Assembly: GCA_964587175.1 (NCBI GenBank)
Contig: CAZPKK010000017.1
Span: 1 to 26,908, forward strand
Origin: an uncultured Clostridium sp.
GTDB taxonomy: Bacteria > Bacillota > Clostridia > TANB77 > CAG-508
Length of the DNA stretch: 26,908 nt
Reading direction: 5' to 3'
Positions 8,816 to 18,205 of this stretch are shown in pieces. The notes under the pieces are model-generated. The model searched no databases. It was not told the origin of the DNA and worked only from the letters and a program-made list of their open reading frames with translations. The translations under genes and the position numbers were made by a program. Position 1 is the stretch's first letter. Each line of letters begins with the position of its first letter.

Positions 8816-9766
8816 TTAATCTAGCATTCCCTTTTTCTTAAGCCATATTGTAGCTATTATACCAATTAATAATGAGGCTAAAACTATTATAGGGAAACCC
8901 AACAGATTATTTTCCATTGGAACTGTTACATTCATTCCCCAATAGCTGGCTATCATTGTTGGTATTGCTAAAATAATAGTAATTGACGTTAGATATTTCA
9001 TTACTCCATTTAGATTATTTGAAATAATTGAAGCATATGCATCCATCGTTCCTGTGAGGATGTCTCTATATATCCCCGCCATTTCTATGGCTTGTTTATT
9101 TTCTATAATTGCATCTTCTAGTAAATCTTCATCTTCTTCGTATAATTTTATTAAATTTCCGCGCATAGTTTTTTCCATAACTACTTCATTTGATTTTAAG
9201 GATGTCGTAAAATACACAAGTCCTTTTTCTAAACTTAATAATTTTAGAAGCTCCTTATTTTTCATAGATTTTTTTAATACACTTTCTGCTATTTCTGTCT
9301 CTTTATTCAGTTTTCTTAATAAATTTAGAAACATCTCAGAATTTGAGTAGAAAATTTGTAACAGCATCCTACTTTTCTTATAAGTAATTATGGTTTTCAG
9401 TTTCTTTTTGTGCAAATCTTCTATAATCTGATTTTTAGTTAATGAAACTGTTATTATATAGTCATCTCTAACAAAAACAACTCCAATTGGCATTGTACTA
9501 TATACCTTTGAACCAGATTCAATATCCATAATAGGTGTATCTATAATAAATAGTATTGTATTATCGTCATCTTCAACATCTACTCTTGCTTTTTCCTCTG
9601 GGTCTAATGCGTATCGTATAAAATCTTCTTGTATATTAATATTTTGGCATACTTCTTCTATTTCTTTGTCACTCGGTGAAACCATGTTTATCCAGTTTCC
9701 CCTTTTAAATTCTTTAGTCTCTGTTGTTAAATTTGTTTCCAAATCTGTATAATACATTTTAAACAT
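8816..9766 (-). CDS. corA: CorA-family magnesium/cobalt transporter
   Basis: The C-terminus has YWGMNV (the GMN signature) flanked by two TM helices, after a long soluble N-terminal domain. RBS aaggggtga precedes the ATG at 9766. Confidence 0.88.
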   Translation of the reverse strand: MFKMYYTDLETNLTTETKEFKRGNWINMVSPSDKEIEEVCQNINIQEDFIRYALDPEEKARVDVEDDDNTILFIIDTPIMDIESGSKVYSTMPIGVVFVRDDYIITVSLTKNQIIEDLHKKKLKTIITYKKSRMLLQIFYSNSEMFLNLLRKLNKETEIAESVLKKSMKNKELLKLLSLEKGLVYFTTSLKSNEVVMEKTMRGNLIKLYEEDEDLLEDAIIENKQAIEMAGIYRDILTGTMDAYASIISNNLNGVMKYLTSITIILAIPTMIASYWGMNVTVPMENNLLGFPIIVLASLLIGIIATIWLKKKGMLD

Positions 9767-9835
9767 AGTTATCACCCCTTAGGATAATATATTAACATAA
9801 ATCATCTTTAATTACAACTTAAATTCGAAAAATTG

Positions 9836-9864
9836 TTGACAAAACCTTGTTTAGGAATTATAAT
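9836..9864 (+). promoter_or_regulatory. Consensus sigma-70 promoter for monocistronic tRNA-Lys
   Basis: TTGACA, a 17-nt spacer, then TATAAT, ending 20 nt before the tRNA 5' end. Confidence 0.7.
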
Positions 9865-9884
9865 ATTAATGTTGTTTTTGTTAT

Positions 9885-9960
9885 GCGCCATTAGCTCAGT
9901 TGGTAGAGCAGTTGACTCTTAATCAAATGGTCGGAGGTTCGAATCCTCTATGGCGCACCA
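9885..9960 (+). tRNA. tRNA-Lys (anticodon CUU)
   Basis: Cloverleaf folded by hand: acceptor gcgccat/atggcgc, D arm gctc..gagc, anticodon loop ctCTTaa, T arm ggagg-ttcgaat-cctct, encoded CCA. Confidence 0.93.
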
Positions 9961-9967
9961 ACTTTTG

Positions 9968-9995
9968 AAAGATGGTTTTTTCCATCTTTTTTTAT
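9968..9995 (+). terminator. Rho-independent terminator after tRNA-Lys
   Basis: aaagatgg-tttttt-ccatcttt hairpin followed by a T-run. Confidence 0.75.
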
Positions 9996-10023
9996 TTGAT
10001 ATTTATTTGAAGTATGATATAAT
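9996..10023 (+). promoter_or_regulatory. Putative glyA promoter (extended -10)
   Basis: TTGATA, a 16-nt spacer, then TGaTATAAT. This leaves only about a 25-nt leader before the ATG at 10054. Confidence 0.45.
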
Positions 10024-10053
10024 GTGATAAATTTATTTAATGGGGGTGCTAAA

Positions 10054-11334
10054 ATGGAATTTGAACACGTAAAAAATACTGATATTGATGTTTATGAAGC
10101 TTTAATGTCAGAAAAGAAAAGAGAACAAAATTGTTTAGAATTAATAGCTAGTGAAAATTTCACAAGCTTTTCTGTAATGGAAGCAATGGGAAGCTTTCAC
10201 ACAAACAAGTATGCTGAAGGTTATCCGGGAAACAGATATTATGCTGGTTGCAACTATGTAGATGTAACCGAAAATTTAGCTAGAGATAGAGCATGTAAAT
10301 TATTTGGTGCAGAACATGCTAATGTTCAACCACATAGTGGTGCACAAGCTAATGAAGCCGTCTATATTGCTTGTTTGAGAACAGGAGATAAAGTATTAAC
10401 AATGACACTAAATTCAGGAGCTCACATAACTCATATGTCTTCTGCAACAGCTCAGTCCAGATTTTACACACCTGTATATTATGACGTAAATCCTGATACT
10501 TATTTAATAGATTATGATGAAGTTGAAAGATTAGCTTTAGAAAATTTACCTAGACTAATTATCTGCGGAGCTAGTGCTTATCCTAGGCAGATTGATTTTG
10601 AACGTTTTAGAAAGATTACAGATAAAGTAAATGAAATTAAAGCACAAACTGAAGAATTAACTCAAGATAATAAGTGTCTTCTTATGTGTGATATGGCACA
10701 TATAGCAGGTTTAGTTGCTACTGGAGCTCATCCAACCCCTATACCTTATTGTGATTTTGTAACTTCTACTACTCATAAAACTTTAAGAGGTCCTAGAGGA
10801 GGCTTAATTCTTTGCAAAGCAGAATGGGCTAAAAAAATAGATTTAGCTGTTTTTCCAAGATTACAAGGTGGTGGTTTACAACATGTTGTTGCTGCAAAAG
10901 CTGTATGTTTTGGTGAAGATTTAAAGCCAGAATTTACCGAATATATAAATCAAGTGCTTGCTAATGCTAAAATCCTAGCAAAAAGTTTAAAGTCTTACGG
11001 ATTTAATGTTTTAACTGGAGGGACAGATAATCATCTTATTTTGCTAGATTTAAGAAATAAAAGAATTACTGGAAAAGAATTAGAAGAAAGGCTAGATAAT
11101 GTAGGAATTACAGTTAATAAAAATGCTGTGCCTTTTGATACTGAGAAGAAAACAACAACTAGTGGAATTCGTTTAGGAACTCCTGCTCTTACAACAAGAG
11201 GTTTTACTGAGGATGATATGGAAGTTATTGCAAAACTTATTAACATTATGTCTGATGATAATTATAAAGAACATGTGGAAAGTGTAAAGGAAGAAGTTGC
11301 AAATCTTTGCAAGAAACATCCATTGTATGAATAA
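10054..11334 (+). CDS. glyA: Serine hydroxymethyltransferase (divergent, with an internal insertion)
   Basis: [45 protein letters not shown] and [12 protein letters not shown] (PLP lysine). RBS gggggtg precedes the ATG at 10054. Confidence 0.9.
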   Translation: MEFEHVKNTDIDVYEALMSEKKREQNCLELIASENFTSFSVMEAMGSFHTNKYAEGYPGNRYYAGCNYVDVTENLARDRACKLFGAEHANVQPHSGAQANEAVYIACLRTGDKVLTMTLNSGAHITHMSSATAQSRFYTPVYYDVNPDTYLIDYDEVERLALENLPRLIICGASAYPRQIDFERFRKITDKVNEIKAQTEELTQDNKCLLMCDMAHIAGLVATGAHPTPIPYCDFVTSTTHKTLRGPRGGLILCKAEWAKKIDLAVFPRLQGGGLQHVVAAKAVCFGEDLKPEFTEYINQVLANAKILAKSLKSYGFNVLTGGTDNHLILLDLRNKRITGKELEERLDNVGITVNKNAVPFDTEKKTTTSGIRLGTPALTTRGFTEDDMEVIAKLINIMSDDNYKEHVESVKEEVANLCKKHPLYE

Positions 11335-11396
11335 TTTATTTTACACAACAGGCACTCTCCCCTTTTTTAATTGTATAAGATTAATAATTAGATAGA

Positions 11397-11455
11397 GTGA
11401 AACAGTGGTGATAGTATTAATCCTGTCACCACTGTTTCACTTTTATTTTTATTTT
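11397..11455 (+). terminator. Strong hairpin terminator between the convergent glyA and GT39-like genes
   Basis: gtgaaacagtggtga...tcaccactgtttcac (15-bp stem) followed by ttttatttttatttt. Confidence 0.8.
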
Positions 11456-13033
11456 CTAATATATATAATACACTGTACTTAACCATAATCTTGTAATATC
11501 ATCGCAATTATTATATCCTAATGCATTTTTTATGGTTTCTATTATACTATCATTATCTTGTCCATCATTTATAAAAACAATAATTCCATTTGAAACATCT
11601 TTTCCTTCTAATATATTTTGTATATTTTCTTCTGTACAATCCATATCTTTTGCAATATACGATTCATCTATTTTGGAAAACAATAAAATATCATTTAGGA
11701 ATCCTGATGTTTCTGATTTATAGATATATATTGTTGGTAGATTCAATTCTGTGCTCAATTTTTCTACTATTTGCTTTTTTTCTGCATATAAAAGCTCTGG
11801 CTCCATATTAAATATTAATGGTGAAACTAAAACAAAGCAAAGCAATATAATAATTAATATGTTTACTGTTTTTTCTTTAAATATGTTCTGTATTACTTTA
11901 TATAAACAATATATTACTATAATAAATATAAGTCCACATACTGGTACAATATATCTTAAAACATTCCAAGGCGAAGCTATTGAAGCAATTATAAAGAAAA
12001 ATAGAGATGGTATTATAATAATTTCTAAAATATCTTTTTTATCTTTGTCTAATTTGTTTAATCTCTTTTTTCTTATTTTTATAAATATTAAAGATATTAT
12101 TATGATTGCTAAAATGGTATATAGCAAGTTGTTAAAACCATAATAATTTAAGTTATGCATCTGCTCTTTCATACTTGGTAATATTTGACTGATTTTTTCA
12201 AGTTTACTTATTACGCTCTGCCCTCTATATCCAAAAAACATATGCTGTATTGAATATGGGAATATAAGTAATGATACCCCACCTGCAATAAGCATTGTTA
12301 ATGTATAAAATAAAGCTTCTTTTTTTCTTTTTGCTTTAATATATTTTATTAAAAATACTATATACAAAACTGCTAAATAAAATAAATAATAATAGTGTGT
12401 TAGTACTCCTGTAAGTACAGAACTTCCAATTCCAATTAATAGTTTAATATCCAGTTTTTCTTTTTCTAATAGCTTTATATGTAAAAAAGTAATTATCAAT
12501 ACTTCTAATGTTAAAAGTGAATACATTCTAATGTATATAACATTGCTTAAGCTTGCCAATACTATTGAAGAAACAAAAGCTAAAACGGCTGATTTTACTT
12601 CTGCATTTTTTTCATTTTTTAATAATTTCTTTAATATTAGATACATGAAAATTGTAACAAAAGCATATATTATTATATTTAATCCAAAGCCTGACCATTT
12701 AGAAAAGTGTCCTTGAGTAATAGTCATTGCAATTCTTAAGAAAAGATAATAAAGAGGCGGGTGGACATCATTTTTTTGATTTTCATATACTGGTGTCCAA
12801 TCTCCTACTTCATCCTCTTGCAATGATAAATAATCTTCATAGTATTCTTTGTTGTGCCAATTATCAAAGAAATCTTCATTGTCTGTTATCTCTATTTTGT
12901 CATAATTTGTTAGTCCAAAAGAATATGCTTCATCTATATGTAAATATGGTTTATTTACTCCAACAAAAATATATATTACCGTTTGCAAAATTAATAATAT
13001 TAATAATACTATTAATCTCTTTTTGCTTTTCAT
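11456..13033 (-). CDS. GT-C fold membrane glycosyltransferase (GT39/ArnT/PMT-like)
   Basis: Roughly 11-13 hydrophobic helices, HIDEAYS in the first loop, an HPPLYY motif, and a soluble C-terminal domain. The start is set at ATG 13033 (RBS agagggga) instead of the longest ORF, which would overlap VanW. Confidence 0.7.
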   Translation of the reverse strand: MKSKKRLIVLLILLILQTVIYIFVGVNKPYLHIDEAYSFGLTNYDKIEITDNEDFFDNWHNKEYYEDYLSLQEDEVGDWTPVYENQKNDVHPPLYYLFLRIAMTITQGHFSKWSGFGLNIIIYAFVTIFMYLILKKLLKNEKNAEVKSAVLAFVSSIVLASLSNVIYIRMYSLLTLEVLIITFLHIKLLEKEKLDIKLLIGIGSSVLTGVLTHYYYLFYLAVLYIVFLIKYIKAKRKKEALFYTLTMLIAGGVSLLIFPYSIQHMFFGYRGQSVISKLEKISQILPSMKEQMHNLNYYGFNNLLYTILAIIIISLIFIKIRKKRLNKLDKDKKDILEIIIIPSLFFFIIASIASPWNVLRYIVPVCGLIFIIVIYCLYKVIQNIFKEKTVNILIIILLCFVLVSPLIFNMEPELLYAEKKQIVEKLSTELNLPTIYIYKSETSGFLNDILLFSKIDESYIAKDMDCTEENIQNILEGKDVSNGIIVFINDGQDNDSIIETIKNALGYNNCDDITRLWLSTVYYIY

Positions 13034-13070
13034 TTGAATATCCCCTCTTTTAGTTATATACCATTTTTTG

Positions 13071-14885
13071 TTATGTTTCTTCTGTAGTATTGCTTTCTTC
13101 ATCATTTGTATCATCTTGACTAGTAGTTTCTTCTTCTTTTTCTACCTTTTTTGTTCCTCTTCTTATTATTCTTGTCATTGGATTATATGTATCTTTTGAT
13201 AGTAATGTTTTTGAAACCACTTCACCATTTAATTTAAGTATTCTATATGCTTCGCTTGTGCAACCATTATATCCTGATTGTTCAACTTCTTCTTTTCCCT
13301 CTTCTAATGTTGAATCATTTTCATATTGAGTTGTATATGATATATATGAAAGTACATTGGATTGAATTACAACCTCGTATTCTGTTTCTTCTTCTATTCC
13401 ATATATACTCATTGTACATACTCCGTTTTTTACTGTTGCTACAATTTTTATAGGATATGTTCTAGTGTTCTTGAATTTAAAATCTATAGAACCCCATGCA
13501 ACTGTTGCATCTCTTCCAGCATCAACATATGATGTTAAAAATTGATGATTACTTCTTTCCACAATTTCTAAATTTGCTAGTAATACTGCATTATATAATG
13601 TCGAAGAGGTTTGACAAATACCTCCTCCTACATCTTGCACTACCTTTCCTCCGGCATATGCTCCCGCTTCCTTATATCCTGCTTCTATTGTTCTTTCACC
13701 TACTGTTTGATTGTATGAAAATGTCTCTCCTGGCATAATAATTGTTCCATTTATTTTTTCTGCAGATATTTCCAAATTATTACTTCTATTTGTATTAGTA
13801 GGATCATATCTTGTAGTATATGTTGCAAGTTCATCTGGAAATGCTTCTTCTCCTAAATCTTCAAGTGTTTTATCTGGTATTGTAATTTCTAATGGTATAA
13901 CATATTCTTCTTTGTCTTCTGCTATTATTTTCTCTGCCTCTTCCATTGATATTGCAAAATCCACTCCATTTACATGTGTATGGACTTCTGTTTTTCCTGT
14001 TTCTTCATTTGTTGATACATAGGCATCTTGTGGTTCTTTATATATTTCGCTCCTTATTTGTTCTAAGTCTATTTCTGCTGGTTCTACGATTTCAGTAGGA
14101 ATTTCAATTAGTGCATATTTATTATTTATATCTTTAATTTCTTCTATAATGATTTCTTTTAACTCATCTTTTTTTATAGATAATCCTTCATTTCCTCTTA
14201 CTATTATTAGGTTTTCGTCTTCTATATAATAACTATTTTCTACTACTGTACCTGGTAATTTTGAAGAAATATCATTTATCTTCTCTTCTAATTCTTCATC
14301 ATTGTAATTTAAATCACAATCAATTTCTCTTCCGAATATTATAGTATATAAAATATTATAATTATTTGATATAATATTTCCATTTCTTCCAATATTATAT
14401 GCCTCACTTACTGCTGTTTCCACATCAAATGAAGCCTCTATCTGACTAGCACTTAGTGTGGTTTCATAATCATCTTTTTTTAGTGTCATTTCTTCTGAAA
14501 GTTTTGCGTTGATTATTTCATTGATTTCCTCTTTTGCTTCTTCTTTAGTCATATTGCTAATGTCTATACCCATTATTGTAATATTTCCTAATATTTTTTC
14601 ATTGTTTATATTAACTAGAGCAAAAACAATAGATAATATTATCAATATTATAATTAACGCAGAAATTATAATAACAGGAACTTTAATGTTTTTTCTTGGC
14701 TTTCTTTCGTTTTTCTTGATTTCTTTTTTATTTTCTATTGTATTTTTTTCTGGTTCATTTTTATTTTCAATCTTTCCTGCATCAGTTTCTTTATTAATTA
14801 TTTCTGTATTTCCTTCTTTTTTATTGTTTTTTTCTTCTATTTCTTTGTTTTCTATTTTTTCCTTTTTTGATTCATTTTCAATCAT
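13071..14885 (-). CDS. VanW-family protein with a Lys/Glu/Asn-rich N-terminal tail, one TM helix and a C-terminal G5-like region
   Basis: VanW core FSYNQTVGERTIEAGYKEAGAYAGGKVVQDVGGGICQTSSTLYNAVLLANLEIVERSNH...DATVAWGSIDFKFKN. The TM helix is VPVIIISALIIILIILSIVFALV. Confidence 0.88.
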   Translation of the reverse strand: MIENESKKEKIENKEIEEKNNKKEGNTEIINKETDAGKIENKNEPEKNTIENKKEIKKNERKPRKNIKVPVIIISALIIILIILSIVFALVNINNEKILGNITIMGIDISNMTKEEAKEEINEIINAKLSEEMTLKKDDYETTLSASQIEASFDVETAVSEAYNIGRNGNIISNNYNILYTIIFGREIDCDLNYNDEELEEKINDISSKLPGTVVENSYYIEDENLIIVRGNEGLSIKKDELKEIIIEEIKDINNKYALIEIPTEIVEPAEIDLEQIRSEIYKEPQDAYVSTNEETGKTEVHTHVNGVDFAISMEEAEKIIAEDKEEYVIPLEITIPDKTLEDLGEEAFPDELATYTTRYDPTNTNRSNNLEISAEKINGTIIMPGETFSYNQTVGERTIEAGYKEAGAYAGGKVVQDVGGGICQTSSTLYNAVLLANLEIVERSNHQFLTSYVDAGRDATVAWGSIDFKFKNTRTYPIKIVATVKNGVCTMSIYGIEEETEYEVVIQSNVLSYISYTTQYENDSTLEEGKEEVEQSGYNGCTSEAYRILKLNGEVVSKTLLSKDTYNPMTRIIRRGTKKVEKEEETTSQDDTNDEESNTTEET

Positions 14886-14999
14886 AAATCTACTTCTCCT
14901 TTTATTTCATCTTATACGGATTTACATGTTTATATTACCATAAGCATCTGTTTTTTACAACTAATTTTCTACTATATTTTACAAAAAAAATGTTTTTAC

Positions 15000-15028
15000 T
15001 AGACATTTTTTTGTTTTTTATGTATAAT
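15000..15028 (+). promoter_or_regulatory. Putative promoter of the XRE-S24 gene
   Basis: TAGACA, a 17-nt spacer ending in TG, then TATAAT. Confidence 0.5.
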
Positions 15029-15061
15029 TTATAAAGATTTTGATGAAAGAAGTTGATACAA

Positions 15062-15649
15062 ATGATAGGTGATATGCTTTCGAGAGCTCGAAATGAAAAA
15101 AACGTACAAAAAGCTGAACTTTCTAGACGTACAAATATTAATATTGGACATATTTCTCATATAGAAAAAGAGGAAAGAAATCCGAGTCATAGGGCATTAA
15201 AAACCATTTGCAGGGCTTTAGAAATTCCTTATCAGCCCTTTATGTATATGTATGATAAAGTTTTTACAGAAGAACAAAAACTAAATAAGATGCCCGAACA
15301 TATTTCATATAACAAAATTTTAGCTGTCAGTTCTTTAGATTCTTTTATTGAGTGTCCTGTTGACTTACCAGGTGCTTCACTCGCTATAAAAGTAAGTGAT
15401 AATTCTATGGAACCTAGATTAGAAAAAGATGTATATGCTTTTGTTGAGCTTAATACCCCTTTAGAGAATAAGGATATTGGTGTTATAGAATATAAAGGTA
15501 AAATCCTCATAAGAAGATATGTAATAAGAAAAGATTCTTTATTATTAAGAGCTGATAACAAGAATTTTAAGGATATAGTACTTGAAGAAAAAGATGATTA
15601 TAATATTATTGGAAAAATAATTGGAACTAACACTGGTTTAATCTTTTAA
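15062..15649 (+). CDS. XRE-family HTH plus S24 (LexA/CI-like) peptidase-domain repressor
   Basis: The N-terminus NVQKAELSRRTNINIGHISHIEKEERNPSHRALKTICRALEI is an XRE-type HTH. The C-terminus has VSDNSMEP (the S24 Ser motif). The ORF opens at 15053 (TTG), but ATG 15062 is the more likely start. Confidence 0.75.
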   Translation: MIGDMLSRARNEKNVQKAELSRRTNINIGHISHIEKEERNPSHRALKTICRALEIPYQPFMYMYDKVFTEEQKLNKMPEHISYNKILAVSSLDSFIECPVDLPGASLAIKVSDNSMEPRLEKDVYAFVELNTPLENKDIGVIEYKGKILIRRYVIRKDSLLLRADNKNFKDIVLEEKDDYNIIGKIIGTNTGLIF

Positions 15650-15713
15650 ATAAATGATTAGATTTTATTAATTGATTTTTTTGCAAAATTTTTTATTTTT
15701 TTTATAAAAACTA

Positions 15714-15742
15714 TTGAATATTTTGTATTTTAATAATATAAT
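15714..15742 (+). promoter_or_regulatory. Putative promoter of the CBM-like gene
   Basis: TTGAAT, a 17-nt spacer, then TATAAT, about 45 nt before the ATG at 15789. Confidence 0.5.
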
Positions 15743-15788
15743 TTGTTATATTATAGAATTAATTAACAAGAGATAAAAGGAGATAAAA

Positions 15789-16253
15789 ATGGAATTGGTT
15801 AAAAACATATTTTTTAATACTGATAAACTAATAGAAAATAGCATAGTGAAGATTTCTTATACTGGTAAGTTGTTTCAAGATGATTCTGAAGAGGTCTTTG
15901 TTCATTATGGTTTTGGAAACAACTGGAATAATTTAAATGAGAAGAAAATGGAAAAAACAGAACTTGGCTTTCAAGTTGAAATTGAACTTGTTTCTGATGA
16001 GACTTTAAATTTATGTTTTAGAAATTCTAATAATGAATGGGATAATAATGAAGGTCAAAATTATATTTTTCCTATTGAAAAATCAGAACTTGCATTAATA
16101 GTAAAAGAAGACACTTCTGTAAATGCTCCTCGTAAATTGAGAAAAACTTATTTATGGAGTAAGAAACTACGTATTGCTGTTTATAAAATAATTACTTATT
16201 TACCTAAAATTATTTCTGGAAATTATAAGAGAAAGGTAAAAAACGAAGAGTAG
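15789..16253 (+). CDS. Small carbohydrate-binding-module-like protein (CBM25/53 starch-binding type) with a basic C-terminal tail
   Basis: The pattern VHYGFGNNWNN...EWDNNEGQNYIF matches the HyG..NW...WDNN.G.NY motif of these CBMs as I remember it. RBS aaaggaga. Confidence 0.5.
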   Translation: MELVKNIFFNTDKLIENSIVKISYTGKLFQDDSEEVFVHYGFGNNWNNLNEKKMEKTELGFQVEIELVSDETLNLCFRNSNNEWDNNEGQNYIFPIEKSELALIVKEDTSVNAPRKLRKTYLWSKKLRIAVYKIITYLPKIISGNYKRKVKNEE

Positions 16254-16406
16254 AAAGTTTATTGGTTTAAGTATCTTTTTATGATATTTAAACTCTTTTT
16301 ATATATACTTGAATGGATAAGCACTCTTTTTATTAGATTCTTTCATATGTATAATATAAGATGTATATTTAAAAATATACGTTTTTTTATTTTAAATTAG
16401 ATTTTT

Positions 16407-17162
16407 TTACATTTCCCAGCCACCATTTATAGAAATTACTTCTCCTGTTGTATAGTCATCTTCTATCATCCAAGCTACACATTTTGCAATATTTTGACTA
16501 GTTCCAATTTTCCCAAGTGGTATTTCTTTCTTTATTTCTTCTAAATCTTTTTCTGAATATCCCTTGTTCATATCTGTGTCAATAATTCCTGGAGCTATTG
16601 CATTTACTCGTATGTTTGATGGGCCAAGTTCTTTTGCTAGTGCTTTTGTAAAACCAATTAGTCCTGCTTTTGATGTAGAATAATGAACTTCTAAACTTCC
16701 GCCAGTAATTCCCCAAATAGATGATATATTAATAATTAAACCTTTTTTATTATGAATCATATTTTTTACAGCTTCTCTTGTACAATAAAAAGCTGAATTT
16801 AGATTATTGTCCATCATTGTTTTCCAATCTTCATCTGTTAATTCTGTGAATAACTTTGCTTGAGAAATACCCGCATTGTTAATAAGTACATCTATTCTTC
16901 CATATTTATTTAATGCATAATTTATTAACTCTACTGATTCTTCCTTTTTAGATACATCTGCTTTGAAAATATCTACAGTAAATCCATCTTTTTTTAGTTC
17001 TTTTTCCACATTTTTAGCACAGTCTTCAGATTTATTATAATTTAAAATAATCGTATGCCTTAATGTGGCTAGATGTTTTATGATTGCGGCCCCCATTCCC
17101 CTTGAGCCGCCTGTTACAATTATTACTTTATTTGCTGTACTTTTTCCTTGATTTTCTACCAT
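16407..17162 (-). CDS. Short-chain dehydrogenase/reductase (FabG-like 3-oxoacyl-ACP reductase family)
   Basis: TGGSRGMG cofactor motif, NNAG, and the S...YSTSK catalytic triad. Confidence 0.85.
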   Translation of the reverse strand: MVENQGKSTANKVIIVTGGSRGMGAAIIKHLATLRHTIILNYNKSEDCAKNVEKELKKDGFTVDIFKADVSKKEESVELINYALNKYGRIDVLINNAGISQAKLFTELTDEDWKTMMDNNLNSAFYCTREAVKNMIHNKKGLIINISSIWGITGGSLEVHYSTSKAGLIGFTKALAKELGPSNIRVNAIAPGIIDTDMNKGYSEKDLEEIKKEIPLGKIGTSQNIAKCVAWMIEDDYTTGEVISINGGWEM

Positions 17163-17238
17163 GATTTATATTCGCTCCTTTATATGTGAAAATTATTTAA
17201 AAAAAGAAGAACTAGAAATTCCAGTTCCTCTTTTTGTT

Positions 17239-17314
<76 letters not shown>

Positions 17315-17318
17315 ATTT

Positions 17319-17393
17319 TGGTGACCCCGACGGGAATCGAACCCATGTCTCCGCCGTGAAAGGGCGATGTCTTAACCGCTTGACCACGGGGCC
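17319..17393 (-). tRNA. tRNA-Glu (anticodon UUC)
   Basis: Reverse complement ggccccgtggtcaagcggttaagaca...ctTTCac...gggttcgattccc...cca. Confidence 0.92.
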
Positions 17394-17433
17394 TTGTTAC
17401 TAGGGCTTTTTTTGCTAAGTCCTAGATGTTTTT

Positions 17434-17509
17434 TGGTGAGCCATCGCGGATTCGAACCGCGGACAACTTGATTAAAAGTCAAGTGCTCTACCACCTGAGC
17501 TAATGACCC
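17434..17509 (-). tRNA. tRNA-Lys (anticodon UUU)
   Basis: Reverse complement gggtcattagctcaggtggtagagc...ctTTTaa...gcggttcgaatccgc...cca. Confidence 0.92.
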
Positions 17510-17632
17510 ATATTTTAGCTTGCGCTCATTTTCGTGAACGCAAGTATTATTCTAAACTATTTTTTTATTTTTGTCAATACAAATTGTGAAATTTCTGTGA
17601 ATTTTATTGTTTTATAGGCTATTTTTTATATT

Positions 17633-17818
17633 TTAGTTATTTATTTCTTTTAGTAATTCTTCTACATCTATTCCATGTACTTCACAAGCTTCTTCTAGTG
17701 TTTCTGCCTGAGATGCTGGGCATCCTAAGCAATGCATTCCAGCTTCCATCAAAATTTCTGCTTTTTCTGGGGCCATTTCTAAAAGCTCCCCTATTTTTGT
17801 GTTTTTATTAAATTTCAT
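17633..17818 (-). CDS. DUF1858-type small protein (hybrid-cluster-protein-associated redox disulfide domain)
   Basis: IGELLEMAPEKAEILMEAGMHCLGCPASQAETLEEAC matches this family. The start is set at the internal ATG, which is preceded by aggaggag. Confidence 0.75.
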   Translation of the reverse strand: MKFNKNTKIGELLEMAPEKAEILMEAGMHCLGCPASQAETLEEACEVHGIDVEELLKEINN

Positions 17819-17917
17819 TTTACTCTCCTCCTGTTTCATTATTTATATATTTTTCTACAAGTTTTCCCACAAATTAAACAATATATTAAAATTTTATCAT
17901 AATTTTTAAAAAAAGTA

Positions 17918-17946
17918 TAGACAAAACTAAAAATTTGTTGTATTAT
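17918..17946 (+). promoter_or_regulatory. Putative promoter of the T4SS-like operon
   Basis: TAGACA, a 17-nt spacer, then TATTAT. Confidence 0.4.
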
Positions 17947-18128
17947 TGGTAGAAATTGGAAAGGTGGTGTTTAAATTTACCTTACTTGATTTATTCTTTA
18001 CGTTTTTTATTATTCATCTTTTTATTACTCTTTATTCAATTTATTTGTTTTTCAATAACAAGGTTTTCCATAACACACAAGGCTCTAAATTAAATCTAAA
18101 ATCCAAATTTTTTAATGAAAATCAGTAA
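17946..18128 (+). CDS. Possible small single-pass membrane protein (first ORF of the T4SS-like operon)
   Basis: A 60-codon ORF with a hydrophobic core LLDLFFTFFIIHLFITLYSIYLFF. An in-frame GTG-GTG pair follows ggaaag. There is no homology evidence, and it could be spurious in AT-rich DNA. Confidence 0.25.
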   Translation: MVEIGKVVFKFTLLDLFFTFFIIHLFITLYSIYLFFNNKVFHNTQGSKLNLKSKFFNENQ

Positions 18129-18205
18129 AAAATGGAGGTGTTTTTATTAAGCGTTTTTTCTTTATTATTATTTTTTCTTTTATTTATTGTTATATTGGTT
18201 ATAAA

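Noticed and set aside
9961-10053. A ZTP/pfl or other riboswitch upstream of glyA
   Set aside because: The interval holds only the tRNA terminator and a promoter. The leader is about 25 nt, too short for a riboswitch.
11456-13114. The longest-ORF start (13114) for the GT39-like gene, overlapping the VanW 3' end by 44 nt
   Set aside because: The internal ATG at 13033 has a good RBS (agagggga) and begins with a typical MKSKKR plus TM helix. The upstream extension has no RBS and overlaps VanW.
13071-14885. The Lys/Glu/Asn-rich IENK-type low-complexity region at the VanW N-terminus as a repeat array or separate feature
   Set aside because: It is in frame and continuous with the TM helix and VanW core. 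It is compositionally typical of cytoplasmic tails in AT-rich genomes and is not a nucleotide-level tandem repeat.
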